From positions 32,001 through 96,000 of the IMG/VR virus record IMGVR_UViG_3300045988_167732: 64,000 bases of DNA; one strand, given 5' to 3'. Each line of letters begins with the position of its first letter. The first letter of the stretch is position 1. Under the pieces are notes generated by a model that was not told the origin of the DNA, did no database searches, and saw only the letters and a program-made list of their open reading frames with translations. This DNA is from a virus. Shown here piece by piece: positions 1 through 10,143 of this stretch. The position numbers were made by a program, and so were the translations under genes.

Positions 1-2
1 GT

Positions 3-662
3 GAAGATTCAGGTCATATGAGTGGTTCTCGTTGTGAATATATTAAGTTTGAAATTGAAGCAGATAGAGGCACTTTAGAACAGATGATGCGCTCTGAAAT
101 TGGAGTGCGTTATGACAATCAGGACAAGTATGCTTATATGGATTTGATTGAAGCAATTCCTCGTGTAAGTCCTGATGAGATTGTTAAGAATCTTGCTTCA
201 TTTAGATATATTGATAAAAACAATTTTACTTATATTATACCAAGTAATATTGAAAAAAATGAGAAAGCTAAAGCTTTGTATCAAAACCTCATGAGTAATA
301 TTGATACAACTCGTAGGCTTATTCGTGATATCCTTACTGAGAATGGTGTTAAAATTAATGCCGCAGTAGAAGATGCTAATTTTGTTTTGCCAAGAGCAAC
401 TAATACCACTTTAGCGATAGGTTTTACTCCTGAAGCTTTAATTACATTTATGCATAAGCGTTTATGTACTCGTGCTCAAGAACCTATTCGTAAGATTGCT
501 GTTGAAATGAAAAGACAAATTGCAGGAATTAATCCAGTGTTTGCTAAAGAACTTGTCCCTCATTGTCAATATCTTCTTTGGTGTCCAGAGGGCGATAAGT
601 GTTGTGGTAGATATCCTACTCGTGAAGAATTGAGGGATAAATTATGGAAGCAAGAATTATAA
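3..662 (+). CDS. thyX: ThyX-like flavin-dependent thymidylate synthase family protein, 5'-partial (open to window edge)
   Basis: C-terminal segment LPRATNTT..FMHKRLCTRAQEPIRKIA resembles the ThyX core. The N-terminal RHR motif is not clearly seen. Confidence 0.55.
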   Translation, partial: EDSGHMSGSRCEYIKFEIEADRGTLEQMMRSEIGVRYDNQDKYAYMDLIEAIPRVSPDEIVKNLASFRYIDKNNFTYIIPSNIEKNEKAKALYQNLMSNIDTTRRLIRDILTENGVKINAAVEDANFVLPRATNTTLAIGFTPEALITFMHKRLCTRAQEPIRKIAVEMKRQIAGINPVFAKELVPHCQYLLWCPEGDKCCGRYPTREELRDKLWKQEL

Positions 663-1207
663 TAATTAATGGTTCTGGTGGAAGTGGAAAGTCTACCTTT
701 GTAAAACTTTGTCAAGAAATTTTAGAGGACAATATTAGCTGGGAAAATAATTGGGAAGCATTAGAATTGTCTACAGTTGATTGGGTAAAAGCTGTTGCTC
801 AATTTGCTGGTTGGGATGGAAAAAAAGATGAAAAAGATAGGAGATTCCTTTATCAGTTAAAAATGGCTTTGGAAGAATGGGATAATTCTCCTAACCAAAA
901 AGTTTTTGACCAAATTAATTTTGTTATAAATAACGAAATGCTAAACAAAAAAAATTGGTTGTTTTTTGTAAATATTAGAGAACCAAAATGCATTGAAAAT
1001 TTTATTAAACAGAACGAAATAGCGACAGGATTACCTTGCAGTACTATGTTAGTAAAAAATGCAAATGTGGCTCCTATTATTTCCAATCCTGCCGATGGAG
1101 AGGTTCATTATTATCATTACGATACAATAATTAGTAATAGCTCTGATTTAGAAAATCTAAAAAAATGGGCGCATAATTATTTAAAATATGTTCAAAAAAT
1201 AATTTAA
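644..1207 (+). CDS. P-loop NTPase / nucleotide kinase-like protein
   Basis: Walker A motif IIINGSGGSGKSTF near the N-terminus. Overlaps the upstream stop. Confidence 0.7.
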   Translation: MEARIIIINGSGGSGKSTFVKLCQEILEDNISWENNWEALELSTVDWVKAVAQFAGWDGKKDEKDRRFLYQLKMALEEWDNSPNQKVFDQINFVINNEMLNKKNWLFFVNIREPKCIENFIKQNEIATGLPCSTMLVKNANVAPIISNPADGEVHYYHYDTIISNSSDLENLKKWAHNYLKYVQKII

Positions 1208-1213
1208 AAAGTA

Positions 1214-1243
1214 TTGACAATATGGTTCTACTTATGATATACT
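1214..1243 (+). promoter_or_regulatory. sigma70-type promoter with extended -10
   Basis: TTGACA 1214-1219, TGaTATACT about 18 nt downstream. The spacer (1224-1238) is complementary to 1248-1262. Confidence 0.6.
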
Positions 1244-1271
1244 TACTCATAGGTAGAATCATATTTTTAAT

Positions 1272-1544
1272 ATGGAGCATATTATGAAGAGAAAATTAAG
1301 TTTCATTGCTTTACAAAACATGGATGGTCATACAGTATGGGTTCATGATTTAGCAAATGATTGTTATGACCAAGAATGTATTGTAAAAGTTAATGTTGTT
1401 AGGACTATTAATCCTTTTAAGAATCAAAAAAAGAAAATTGTTGAATTTGTAGAATCTATTGAATTAACTAATGAAGAGTTTAGATTCGTGTATGGTCTAA
1501 ATGGAAAATGTTTAGATGGAGAATTTGAGGTGTATGTAAAATGA
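1272..1544 (+). CDS. hypothetical protein
   Basis: ORF in the + strand gene train, TGA stop overlapping the next start. Confidence 0.65.
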   Translation: MEHIMKRKLSFIALQNMDGHTVWVHDLANDCYDQECIVKVNVVRTINPFKNQKKKIVEFVESIELTNEEFRFVYGLNGKCLDGEFEVYVK

Positions 1545-1804
1545 TTTGTCAAGTTAATGCTTACCATTATGAAAAGGGTAATAAAGTTGTTGTTCCTCTT
1601 GGGCGTGTAGAAGAAAAAGGGACTGATATTATTTTTGAAGCTCAATATCCAGAATGTTTTAAGATTATTAAAAAATATATTGACAACAAAGGATTTAAGA
1701 GCTATTATTATAATTGTCATGTTACTCCAGAAGGAGTTTATAATGTAGATTATGGTAGTTACTCGGATTTTTGTGAATTTTATAAGGTGAATGATGATGA
1801 GTAA
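1541..1804 (+). CDS. hypothetical protein
   Basis: ATGA overlap with the upstream gene; packed operon. Confidence 0.65.
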   Translation: MICQVNAYHYEKGNKVVVPLGRVEEKGTDIIFEAQYPECFKIIKKYIDNKGFKSYYYNCHVTPEGVYNVDYGSYSDFCEFYKVNDDE

Positions 1805-2387
1805 AAAGAATTATAGTTGGCTTAATCTGAGCTATTTAAATAAATCTTATAAAGGATTGTCTTTTTTGCATCCAAAAAATTTAAAAGACCTTTATCCTAT
1901 ACATAAGCAGAGAAAAGATAGAGTTTTTAGGGGTTGGTGTAATATGGACATTTGGAGTTTTGATAGTTGGTTTCAACAAGTAGTCCCTGAAATGTTAGAA
2001 GAATTGGCTAAGACTCACGTTGGCTACCCAATGATTGATTTTGATAAAACTCGTCAAACGGGTAAACGAGAATATCGTGATTGGAGAGAGCTTACAAGAG
2101 AAAAGTTTAATTCTGATGAAGAATATAAAACCGCAGAAGAGGCTCAGTGTAAGGCATGGGAAGATTACCTGAAAGAAATTGCAACTCATATTCGTAATTC
2201 TACTGAAGAGACTTGTCCTAAGAAAAACTCTGTCCTTGAAAAGTATGACGGATGGGCAAATAAGATTCCCGAAGAAGAAAAAGAACAGTACTATCAAGAA
2301 GATGCTGAAATTGACAAGTATAGGCAATCTGAAATTGAAAAAGCTTTAGATATGATGAAGCCAATTTTCTTTGATTTGTGGGATTAA
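1791..2387 (+). CDS. hypothetical protein
   Basis: 198-aa ORF overlapping its neighbours. Confidence 0.7.
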   Translation: MMMSKKNYSWLNLSYLNKSYKGLSFLHPKNLKDLYPIHKQRKDRVFRGWCNMDIWSFDSWFQQVVPEMLEELAKTHVGYPMIDFDKTRQTGKREYRDWRELTREKFNSDEEYKTAEEAQCKAWEDYLKEIATHIRNSTEETCPKKNSVLEKYDGWANKIPEEEKEQYYQEDAEIDKYRQSEIEKALDMMKPIFFDLWD

Positions 2388-2388
2388 T

Positions 2389-2568
2389 ATGAGTAAAAAA
2401 AGAGTTAAAATTTTAACATATGATTCATTAATTTTTGAATCTCGTTTAAATATGTGGCTTAGTAGTTCTAAAAAGAATATTATAGATATTCAATTTACTA
2501 CAAGATATGATGAAGTGTTGGGCAGGGAAAGATATACAGCTTTTATTAAATATGAGGTAGATAAATGA
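2389..2568 (+). CDS. hypothetical small protein
   Basis: ATG at 2389, in frame with track ORF 2371..2568. Start choice is uncertain. Confidence 0.5.
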   Translation: MSKKRVKILTYDSLIFESRLNMWLSSSKKNIIDIQFTTRYDEVLGRERYTAFIKYEVDK

Positions 2569-3683
2569 TTTATTTAGACCATGCGGCTACAACTTTTGTA
2601 TCGCCTGAAATCATTGATATTATTAAAGATGATTTAGCTGAATATTGGGGTAATGCAAGCACGACCTATGGTTTAGGGCGCAAGAGTAAAAATTTAATTG
2701 AGGAAAGTCGTGCAAAAATTGCACATGTTATAGGTGCTTTTCCAGAAGAAATTTATTTTACTTCTGGTAGTAGCGAAGGTAATGCGTGGGCTTTAGCTCA
2801 AAAAAGCAAATGTTTATGTAGTCCTTATGAGCATCATAATATCACAGAAAATCCCAAGTCAATAATTATTGATAAGAATTATCTTATTGATGCTGTTAAA
2901 GTTACAGAGAAAAGTGAAGAGTTGGGTTTTCTGTGGGGAGATTATAGTGGATTTCTTTTGTCTTGGATGTATGTAAATAATGAGACAGGAGAAATTTTTA
3001 ATCCTCGTGAACATATGGATTTAGCTCATAGACTTAATATGTATTATCATTGTGATATGACACAGGCTTTAGGTAATGTTCCTATTGATATTAGACACAT
3101 GGCTGACATTGCTACTTTTAGTGGACATAAGGTGCATTCTCCTAAAGGTGTTGGCTTTATTTATTTTTCAAAAGACACTTTTCCTGTTGAGAAGATTAAG
3201 CCTTTAATTTATGGTGGGGACCAAGAAAGTAATCGTAGAGCTGGTACTGAAAATATTCCTTATATTCATGCTTTAGCTTTAACTGTTGATAAAGCTGTTG
3301 CACATCAAAAAGAAAAAGATTTAGCTTGTAAGAAAATGAAGAAAGCTTTCCTTGAAGAGCTTGGTAAATTATTTGAACCAAATGATTATATGATTGTTTC
3401 TCCTGCAAATAGTATTAATTCTACAGTGTGTGTTTGCTTCCACAATGTAGAGGGAGAAATTCTTCAATCTATGTTAGATGAAAAGGAAATTTATGTAGGG
3501 ACAGGAAGTGCATGTAATACAGGAGATATGAAAGCATCTGCTGTGTTAGAAGCTATGAAGATTCCAGAAGATTATATTCGTGGAGAAATTAGAATTTCTA
3601 TGAATGAAACTCAGAATACAGTTGAAGATGTAATTGAGACTGCAAGAGTATTACATGAATGTTATAAAATGGTTAGGAGTTGA
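2565..3683 (+). CDS. cysteine desulfurase (class V aminotransferase, NifS/IscS-like)
   Basis: N-terminal IYLDHAATT, PLP-lysine context SGHKVHSPKGVG, C-terminal GTGSACN active-site Cys loop. Confidence 0.85.
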   Translation: MIYLDHAATTFVSPEIIDIIKDDLAEYWGNASTTYGLGRKSKNLIEESRAKIAHVIGAFPEEIYFTSGSSEGNAWALAQKSKCLCSPYEHHNITENPKSIIIDKNYLIDAVKVTEKSEELGFLWGDYSGFLLSWMYVNNETGEIFNPREHMDLAHRLNMYYHCDMTQALGNVPIDIRHMADIATFSGHKVHSPKGVGFIYFSKDTFPVEKIKPLIYGGDQESNRRAGTENIPYIHALALTVDKAVAHQKEKDLACKKMKKAFLEELGKLFEPNDYMIVSPANSINSTVCVCFHNVEGEILQSMLDEKEIYVGTGSACNTGDMKASAVLEAMKIPEDYIRGEIRISMNETQNTVEDVIETARVLHECYKMVRS

Positions 3684-3688
3684 TTATA

Positions 3689-6388
3689 ATGAACTTTAAG
3701 CCAAGTACATATCAACAAGATATTTTAGATTTTTTTCTTAACAATCCTCAAAGTAACATGCTTGTAAATGCTTTGGCTGGAAGTGGTAAGTCAACAACTG
3801 CTTGTATGCTTTCTGAACATTCAAAAACTTCTGATTTATATATTGCATTTAATGCAAGCGTAGTTGAAGAGTTTAAGAAAAAAATTAAGAATCCTAAGAC
3901 TAAGGTTATGACGATGCATTCTTTAGCATATTCTATTATGCTTTATAATGTAGAACAAGAATCCAAGGATTCAGGAGAAAAGCCAAAAGGTTTTGGTTCT
4001 CAGCGCTCTAAAAGAACTGTGAGTTTAGATAATTTTAAGCCACATAAAATTCTTGATGAAGAAATTACAAAACGTTATGGTAGATATATTGAATTTGCCA
4101 AACGAGTTTTCTTGAAAGATAATTATGTAAATCTTTATAATTTATGCAGATTAACTCTTACAGATATGTCTTCAAATAAAGATGTATCTCGTTTAATTGA
4201 TGACCATGTGTTATTTTTATATTATGGTGATGAAGGTTATTCTGCACCCGATATTAGTGAAATTACTTCCACTTTGAAGATTCTTGATACTAAAAGTAGA
4301 CAGCAATTTGAAACTCAAGGTGTAATTGATTTTACTGACATGCTTTGGATTACTTTTAATAAACTTAAATATGATAATTGGGAAGTTCCTTATTGGGCTT
4401 TGTATACAAATATTTATTGTGATGAATGTCAAGATTTTAGTAATATCCAATTAAATTTCTTAAAGTTTATTAAAAGAGCTAAAGGAAGATATATTTTCAT
4501 TGGAGATTATCATCAATGTCAACCAGCAGGGACTAAAATTAAACTGATTGATGGAAAAGAAAAAAATATTGAAGATATTCAATATGGAGATAGAGTTGTA
4601 GAATATAGTACAAGTAGAGGTAGTTTTCTTTGTACTGAACGAGAGCGAGTGGGTGGCGGATTCGACAACTGTTTTTGTGGAGTAAAAAGTAAAGGTCTAT
4701 CTACCCCTAAATATTATACAGTATTAGACAAACAAGAATTTTTTACGGATTGTTTAATTAAAGTTACTCTTGAAAACGACTTTACGTCTCGTTATACAAC
4801 AAATCATAATTGTTATGTGAGATTTAATAGAGAAGCCACACAAAATGCCACTTGTCTTTATTTAATGGAAAGAAATGATGGTTATTTTAGAATTGGTACT
4901 GTAAAAATGTATGCTTCTCAAGCAACATTGGGAGTTAAGTATCGCGCAAGAGCAGAAAAGTTTGACCGTTGTTGGATTTTAGATGTTTTTGATAATGAAA
5001 CTTCTGCTTGGATGGCAGAGCAAACATATTCATTAAAATATCAAATTCCACAATTAATTTTTCAATTTGATAAAACTAAATATACTGAACAAGACTTAAT
5101 TACTTTATATAATGAGCTTCCTGAAATGAGAAGTAGAGCCATTGCTTTGTTAGAGTATTTTGGAAGAGATATTAATTATCCTTTGTGGTCAAGAGGAGAT
5201 ATTAATAATCATACTGCAAGAGACCATTGTTTTATTACACAATCGTGTAATATTATTCCTAAATATATGGATGCAATGATTTTTGATTCGACAAATACAA
5301 GGAAAAATAAAACAAGTATTGTTGCTACTTATAAAAATATTCAAAAAGTAGAAAAAGAGATTGGGGTTCAAAAAGTATATGGAATTACAACATCTTCTTA
5401 TCATAACTATATAGCTGATGGAATTTTAACTCATAATAGTATCTATAATTTTGCTGGTGCTAATGCTCAAGCTTTTAATCAAATTCCTAAGATGTTTGCT
5501 CCTGTAGAAACTTTTGATTTACCTATTTGTTATCGTTGTGCCAAATCTCATCTTAGTAGAGTAAATAGAGAATACGGAATTCCTATTCTTCCTCGTGATG
5601 GTGCTCCATTAGGATTCGTTAAAACTATTGACAAAAACAAAATTTCAGAGTATGCTAAAGCAGGAGACATGGTAATTTCCAGAAAAAACAAATGGATAGC
5701 TGAAGTAGTACTTGATTTAGCTCGAAATGGAACTCCCATTTTTATTGAAGATAAAGAGATGGTAGGGGCAATTAAAAGACAGATTTTATCATCCAAATGT
5801 ACCTCGGTTGGCGCACTCAAAAAATTTCTCCAGAAAGTAATAAGTAATTATAATAAAAAACTCTTTGAAATCGTTTCAAAAAATGTCCGTGAGGGGGGAC
5901 ACGAGGAAGAGCATTTGGAAGCCGTGACGGAGACAAATTCTAAGATAGATAACACGAGCTTTTTGTTGGAGATTTTGGAGGGTTATCTTGAACATCATGC
6001 TTCTTCTGACAGTGTTTCTAAATTCTCTAATTTTATTGATAAACTGTTAAATACGACTCCTTCTCCTAATTGTGTTAGACTTTGTAGTATCCATAAAGCT
6101 AAAGGTCTTGAAGCTACAAATGTTTTTGTTTTGAATGAAGCTAAAATTAATTACGATTTTAGGAATAGTAAAGAACAAAATATTCAGGAAAAGAATTTAA
6201 GTTATATTGCAACTACTCGTGCAAAAGAAGGTTTGTATCTTGTTAAAGAACCTTCTAAGACAATAACTACTAGAAATACTGATTATCTTCTTTCAGATAA
6301 CTATCTTCTTCCAGATAACGATGTCTTAAAGAAAAGGGAACAGGATTTTAAGAAAGCTATTGTACGAGAAACTATGGGTTGTTTTTAA
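3689..6388 (+). CDS. UvrD/PcrA-like SF1 helicase interrupted by an intein
   Basis: Walker A ALAGSGKST, DECQD, motif III GDYHQ/SIYNFAGA split by a Hint domain, C-terminal HKAKGLEA and TTRAKEGLY motifs. Confidence 0.85.
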   Translation: MNFKPSTYQQDILDFFLNNPQSNMLVNALAGSGKSTTACMLSEHSKTSDLYIAFNASVVEEFKKKIKNPKTKVMTMHSLAYSIMLYNVEQESKDSGEKPKGFGSQRSKRTVSLDNFKPHKILDEEITKRYGRYIEFAKRVFLKDNYVNLYNLCRLTLTDMSSNKDVSRLIDDHVLFLYYGDEGYSAPDISEITSTLKILDTKSRQQFETQGVIDFTDMLWITFNKLKYDNWEVPYWALYTNIYCDECQDFSNIQLNFLKFIKRAKGRYIFIGDYHQCQPAGTKIKLIDGKEKNIEDIQYGDRVVEYSTSRGSFLCTERERVGGGFDNCFCGVKSKGLSTPKYYTVLDKQEFFTDCLIKVTLENDFTSRYTTNHNCYVRFNREATQNATCLYLMERNDGYFRIGTVKMYASQATLGVKYRARAEKFDRCWILDVFDNETSAWMAEQTYSLKYQIPQLIFQFDKTKYTEQDLITLYNELPEMRSRAIALLEYFGRDINYPLWSRGDINNHTARDHCFITQSCNIIPKYMDAMIFDSTNTRKNKTSIVATYKNIQKVEKEIGVQKVYGITTSSYHNYIADGILTHNSIYNFAGANAQAFNQIPKMFAPVETFDLPICYRCAKSHLSRVNREYGIPILPRDGAPLGFVKTIDKNKISEYAKAGDMVISRKNKWIAEVVLDLARNGTPIFIEDKEMVGAIKRQILSSKCTSVGALKKFLQKVISNYNKKLFEIVSKNVREGGHEEEHLEAVTETNSKIDNTSFLLEILEGYLEHHASSDSVSKFSNFIDKLLNTTPSPNCVRLCSIHKAKGLEATNVFVLNEAKINYDFRNSKEQNIQEKNLSYIATTRAKEGLYLVKEPSKTITTRNTDYLLSDNYLLPDNDVLKKREQDFKKAIVRETMGCF
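4517..5437 (+). mobile_element. intein (307 aa) inside helicase motif III
   Basis: Starts with Cys (CQPAGTKIKLIDG). Has block B TTNHNCYV and ends ..GILTHN followed by Ser. Removal rejoins GDYHQ-SIYNFAGA. Confidence 0.8.
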
Positions 6389-6402
6389 GAAAGGATAATT
6401 TG

Positions 6403-6615
6403 ATGGCTAAGATTGAATGTAAAGGTTGTACTCCTAATTGTCCTTATTTTCCATATATGGATGGAACAGTTGATTGGGAATATAATGAGGAAGGATTGAA
6501 AGTCAGAAAGAAGAAAAAGATTTTTGTGTGTTCTTATGACGGTCATCAAATTACAAATTGGACTGATGCGTGTCCAAAAGAATTAGATAGAATACTTAGT
6601 GAAAAAATTAATTAA
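6403..6615 (+). CDS. small Cys-rich protein
   Basis: ATG after AAAGGA; several CxxC-like cysteines. Confidence 0.6.
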   Translation: MAKIECKGCTPNCPYFPYMDGTVDWEYNEEGLKVRKKKKIFVCSYDGHQITNWTDACPKELDRILSEKIN

Positions 6616-6635
6616 TTATAAAAGGAGTATTTAAA

Positions 6636-7355
6636 ATGGCTAATATTTTTAGTCGCAATTACAAGTTTGATGAGCCAAAGGTAACTTCTACTCAGAATAA
6701 GGATTATTTTACTACCGCAGTTGCTTCTACTGATGAAGATGGTAAGATTGTTTCTACTTCTGGTTATGTTTCTGTTTTGAAGCCCAAGGTAATGCATTGT
6801 CCTGACTGTGGTTGTCCTCTTGTGGTGCGTGATGGTAAGCTTGAATTTGCCGATGAAGATGATGAAGTCGATGATAACAGTTATGAAAATCCTGTTGAGT
6901 ACGAAGAAGTAAATAAGGATATGTTCGACCTTCCTCCTTATTACAATATCTGTTATGGTATCCCCGCTGACCTCTCTTTAGGTAGCGATACTGCTCGTAG
7001 ACTTGACAATTATTATCATATTGTTGATAAGATTCCTAATAAGTTTGATGAGCGTTGTGCTGGTGAAGCTATTTGGATTCGGAATTTATTTTTACTTATG
7101 ATTGCTAATAAGAAGTATGAACCAATTACTATGACTAATCTTGAACATTGTGTTGAAGACCTTGCTCAATATTGTATTAATGAAGAGATTTCTTATCTTG
7201 CTATGCCTTTTATTGGGTGTGGTAAGGGTAATCTTGATTGGGAAGATGTTCGTGAAATGATTCTTCGTGTTTTTACTGAAACGATTGAAGATGCTAAAAA
7301 GTTTGACGAGGTAAGCAAGAATTATAAGATTCATCTTACTTTCTGCTACCAGTAA
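6636..7355 (+). CDS. zinc-ribbon protein with possible C-terminal macro-like domain
   Basis: HCPDCGCP ribbon. C-terminal LAMPFIGCGKGNLDWEDV resembles the macro-domain IGcGxgGL loop. AAG/CTT-type codon usage. Confidence 0.5.
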   Translation: MANIFSRNYKFDEPKVTSTQNKDYFTTAVASTDEDGKIVSTSGYVSVLKPKVMHCPDCGCPLVVRDGKLEFADEDDEVDDNSYENPVEYEEVNKDMFDLPPYYNICYGIPADLSLGSDTARRLDNYYHIVDKIPNKFDERCAGEAIWIRNLFLLMIANKKYEPITMTNLEHCVEDLAQYCINEEISYLAMPFIGCGKGNLDWEDVREMILRVFTETIEDAKKFDEVSKNYKIHLTFCYQ

Positions 7356-7395
7356 TTTAACTGATTGGATTAGTAAAAAATAACTGAATAAACCC

Positions 7396-7424
7396 TTGAC
7401 AAAAGTAAATCTCTATGGTAATCT
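7396..7424 (+). promoter_or_regulatory. sigma70-type promoter
   Basis: TTGACA 7396-7401, N17, TAATCT. The spacer (7404-7417) is a 14-bp inverted repeat of 7428-7441. Confidence 0.6.
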
Positions 7425-7462
7425 AATCATAGAGATTTACTTATTAAGAAAGGAAGTGGAAA

Positions 7463-8389
7463 ATGCCCTATAAAAAAAGAAAAGATAATTTGTGGTGTGT
7501 TTATAAGCATACAAGCCCTTCTGGTGGAGTATATATAGGAATAACAAGTGATTATCCTTTAGCAAGGTGGAGAAATGGTCGAGGATATGATTGTTGTGAA
7601 ATTATGAATAAAGCTATAAAAAAATACGGTTGGGAAAATTTTACTCATGAAATATTATTTGATAATTTAACAAAAGAAGAAGCTTGTTAGAAAGAAATAG
7701 AATTAATAGCCTTTTACAAAAATTAGGGACATTGTTATAATTTAGCTGAACGGGGAACTAATGGATTAGCTTCAGAAGAAACTAAAAAGAAAATGTCTTC
7801 AAATAGACAACGGAAAAACGCTCATGGTTGGCGGCATGTTGTTTCTTTAGAAACTAAACAAACGGTAGCTAAAAAAATAAAAGGAATTAAAAGAAATTCA
7901 AAGACAAAAGAAAAATTAAGTAGCACGCATAGCAAAAAAGTTTACTAGTATAATTTAGATGGAGAATTAATTCAGGAATGGGACAGCGTATATCAAGCAT
8001 CTAATATATTAGGATTAGCTCGAAGTCCAATTACACGTTGTAGATTATATTAGCAAAAAACTTATTAGAACTGTTTATGGCTGCTTGATTATATTGATGC
8101 CGTATTAATATAGAAATATTTAAACGATGAAATCATTATTCCTCCGATTAAAAATAAGTCTTTATTACAAAAGAAAGTAAGTTGTTTTTAGGATGAGAAA
8201 AAAATTAAAACTTTTGATTCTATAAAAGAAGCTTCAAAATGGTCAAAAATTACTGAACAGCAAATTCGGTATGCTTGTAAAAATAATAAAATTGCAGGAG
8301 AATATTATTGGAAATATGAAGAAGATTATTTTGGTGACAATTATTTTCTTTATTGGGCCAATAATTAGGACAAAATAAAATAGGAGTAA
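7463..8389 (+). CDS. GIY-YIG homing endonuclease with NUMOD/IENR-like C-terminal repeats; needs read-through of 9 in-frame TAG codons
   Basis: N-terminal GVYIGIT..Y..R motif. Beyond the first TAG the same frame gives typical VYxYNLDGELIQEWDSVYQAS and IKTFDSIKEASKW..GEYYWKY repeats. The first TAA is at 8387. Confidence 0.8.
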
Positions 8390-8390
8390 T

Positions 8391-9650
8391 ATGGAATATT
8401 GTAAATATCTTATTTTAGTAGACCCTAATAATAATGGGGTTGATTCAAACAAATTCTACAAAATGGCTGGAAATGGTGATAATACGTTTACTGTAGAATA
8501 TGGTCGTGTTGGTGCTGCTCCTCAAACTAAAACTTATCCTATGTCTAAATGGAATTCTACTCTTTCTTCTAAGTTGAAGAAGGGATATGTTGACCGTTCT
8601 GATTTAATGCAGGAAGTTATTGCTGATTCTAAAGTTGAAGACAAGTCTAATGGTGTAGATGAATTTGGTTTGGTTCAAAACCTATCTGTCCGAGAGATTA
8701 TCAAGCGTCTTTGGGATTATGCTAATAAGACTATTCAATCTGCTTATTCTGTTCGTGCTGAAGCTGTTACTCAGGCTATGATTGATGCCGCTCAGGAAAA
8801 GATTGACTATATTGCAGCGAATTACAAAAACTGGTCTGTTGAGGAATTTAATAAGAATTTAAATGAGTTGTTCATTATTGTTCCTCGTAAGATGAAGCGT
8901 GTTTCTGATTGTCTTGTTTCTGATTCTTCCGAATATGATAAAAAGCTTTCCGAGGAACAGAGCTTGCTTGATACTATGGCTGGTCAAGTTTATAAACCCA
9001 AGGCAAAAATTGCTGACACTGATTCTGAGATTAAGGCTTCTGAAAGCATTTTGCAGAAGATGGGTATTACCATGGAAGAAGCTACTCAGGAAGATGTTGC
9101 TAAAATTAAAAAGGCAATGGGCGATTCTGCTGGGAAGTTTTACAAGGCTTGGCGTGTCACTAATCTTGAGACAGAAAAGAATTATCAGAAGTTTACAACT
9201 GAAAATAATATCGGTAATGTAAAACTTCTTTGCCATGGTAGTCGCAATCAGAATTGGTTTAACATTCTTAAGATGGGCTTGAAAATTCGTCCTGCTGGTG
9301 CAATTGCAACAGGAAGTATGTTTGGCCTTGGAATCTATTGGTCCAACCCTGAAAAGTACAAAGGAGGAGTAGCTAAGTCTATTGGGTACACTTCTTTGGG
9401 TGGATATTGGACTCGTGATTATCAGAATTGTGGCTTCCTTGCCTTCTTTGATGTAGCTATCGGAGATAGTGTTGATGCCTATTCTTTTGATTCCAAGTAT
9501 TATTCTTATAATCTTGAGAGACTAAAAAAGGACAATCCTAAAGCTTGGAGTTTGTGGGCTCATGGCAATACTTCTATGCTTCGCAACGATGAAATTATCG
9601 TTTACGATGACAGACAGATGACTATTCGATATTTAGTGGAGATTAGATAA
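8391..9650 (+). CDS. PARP-like ADP-ribosyltransferase with N-terminal WGR domain
   Basis: WGR-like FYKM..TVEYGRVG. C-terminal H-Y-E pattern: LLCHGS, GLGIYWS, NDEIIVY. Confidence 0.8.
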   Translation: MEYCKYLILVDPNNNGVDSNKFYKMAGNGDNTFTVEYGRVGAAPQTKTYPMSKWNSTLSSKLKKGYVDRSDLMQEVIADSKVEDKSNGVDEFGLVQNLSVREIIKRLWDYANKTIQSAYSVRAEAVTQAMIDAAQEKIDYIAANYKNWSVEEFNKNLNELFIIVPRKMKRVSDCLVSDSSEYDKKLSEEQSLLDTMAGQVYKPKAKIADTDSEIKASESILQKMGITMEEATQEDVAKIKKAMGDSAGKFYKAWRVTNLETEKNYQKFTTENNIGNVKLLCHGSRNQNWFNILKMGLKIRPAGAIATGSMFGLGIYWSNPEKYKGGVAKSIGYTSLGGYWTRDYQNCGFLAFFDVAIGDSVDAYSFDSKYYSYNLERLKKDNPKAWSLWAHGNTSMLRNDEIIVYDDRQMTIRYLVEIR

Positions 9651-9651
9651 A

Positions 9652-10143
9652 ATGATTGGTGAAATGCAGACTGCTTCTAGTGTAACTTTTGGTATTCCTT
9701 CTGATTTTCCTTCTCTTGTAGACTCTGTTGTGGGTTCTCTTAAAAAGGGATATAGAGATTATTGTTTTACAAATAAGCAACTAAAAGAAATTATTGAGAA
9801 ATGCCATGAGGCAAATGTAAGTTTTGCTTATCGTAAGCAGTTAGATGAAGATTGCAAGATTGAATATATTGAACTTATTCCTTGTACTTTTTATTTTGCA
9901 GAAACAGTTGAGGAAAATAAGGTAGAAAACATTCAAGTAGCAATGGAAAATCTTCCTGTGGCATTGATTTTCTGTCCTAAAAATAATAAGACTGATATTA
10001 CTATTGATGCTGATTATCAGGAAAAGAACGAAAAAAGAGTGAAGAGTTATAAGAAGCTTGCATATTTCGATGATGATGGTTATCCAGTATATATTGAAGA
10101 CCTTACGAGAATGAAAGAAGAAAAAGAAAATGGAACTTTCTAA
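9652..10143 (+). CDS. hypothetical protein
   Basis: 163-aa ORF starting 1 nt after the upstream stop. Confidence 0.7.
   Translation: MIGEMQTASSVTFGIPSDFPSLVDSVVGSLKKGYRDYCFTNKQLKEIIEKCHEANVSFAYRKQLDEDCKIEYIELIPCTFYFAETVEENKVENIQVAMENLPVALIFCPKNNKTDITIDADYQEKNEKRVKSYKKLAYFDDDGYPVYIEDLTRMKEEKENGTF

Noticed and set aside
7463-8389. Interpreting the TAG-interrupted endonuclease genes as pseudogenes
   Set aside because: The only disruptions are TAG codons. No TAA or TGA stops and no frameshifts occur over up to 300 codons. Conserved motifs persist downstream of each TAG, non-mobile genes show the same feature, and a CTA suppressor tRNA is encoded.
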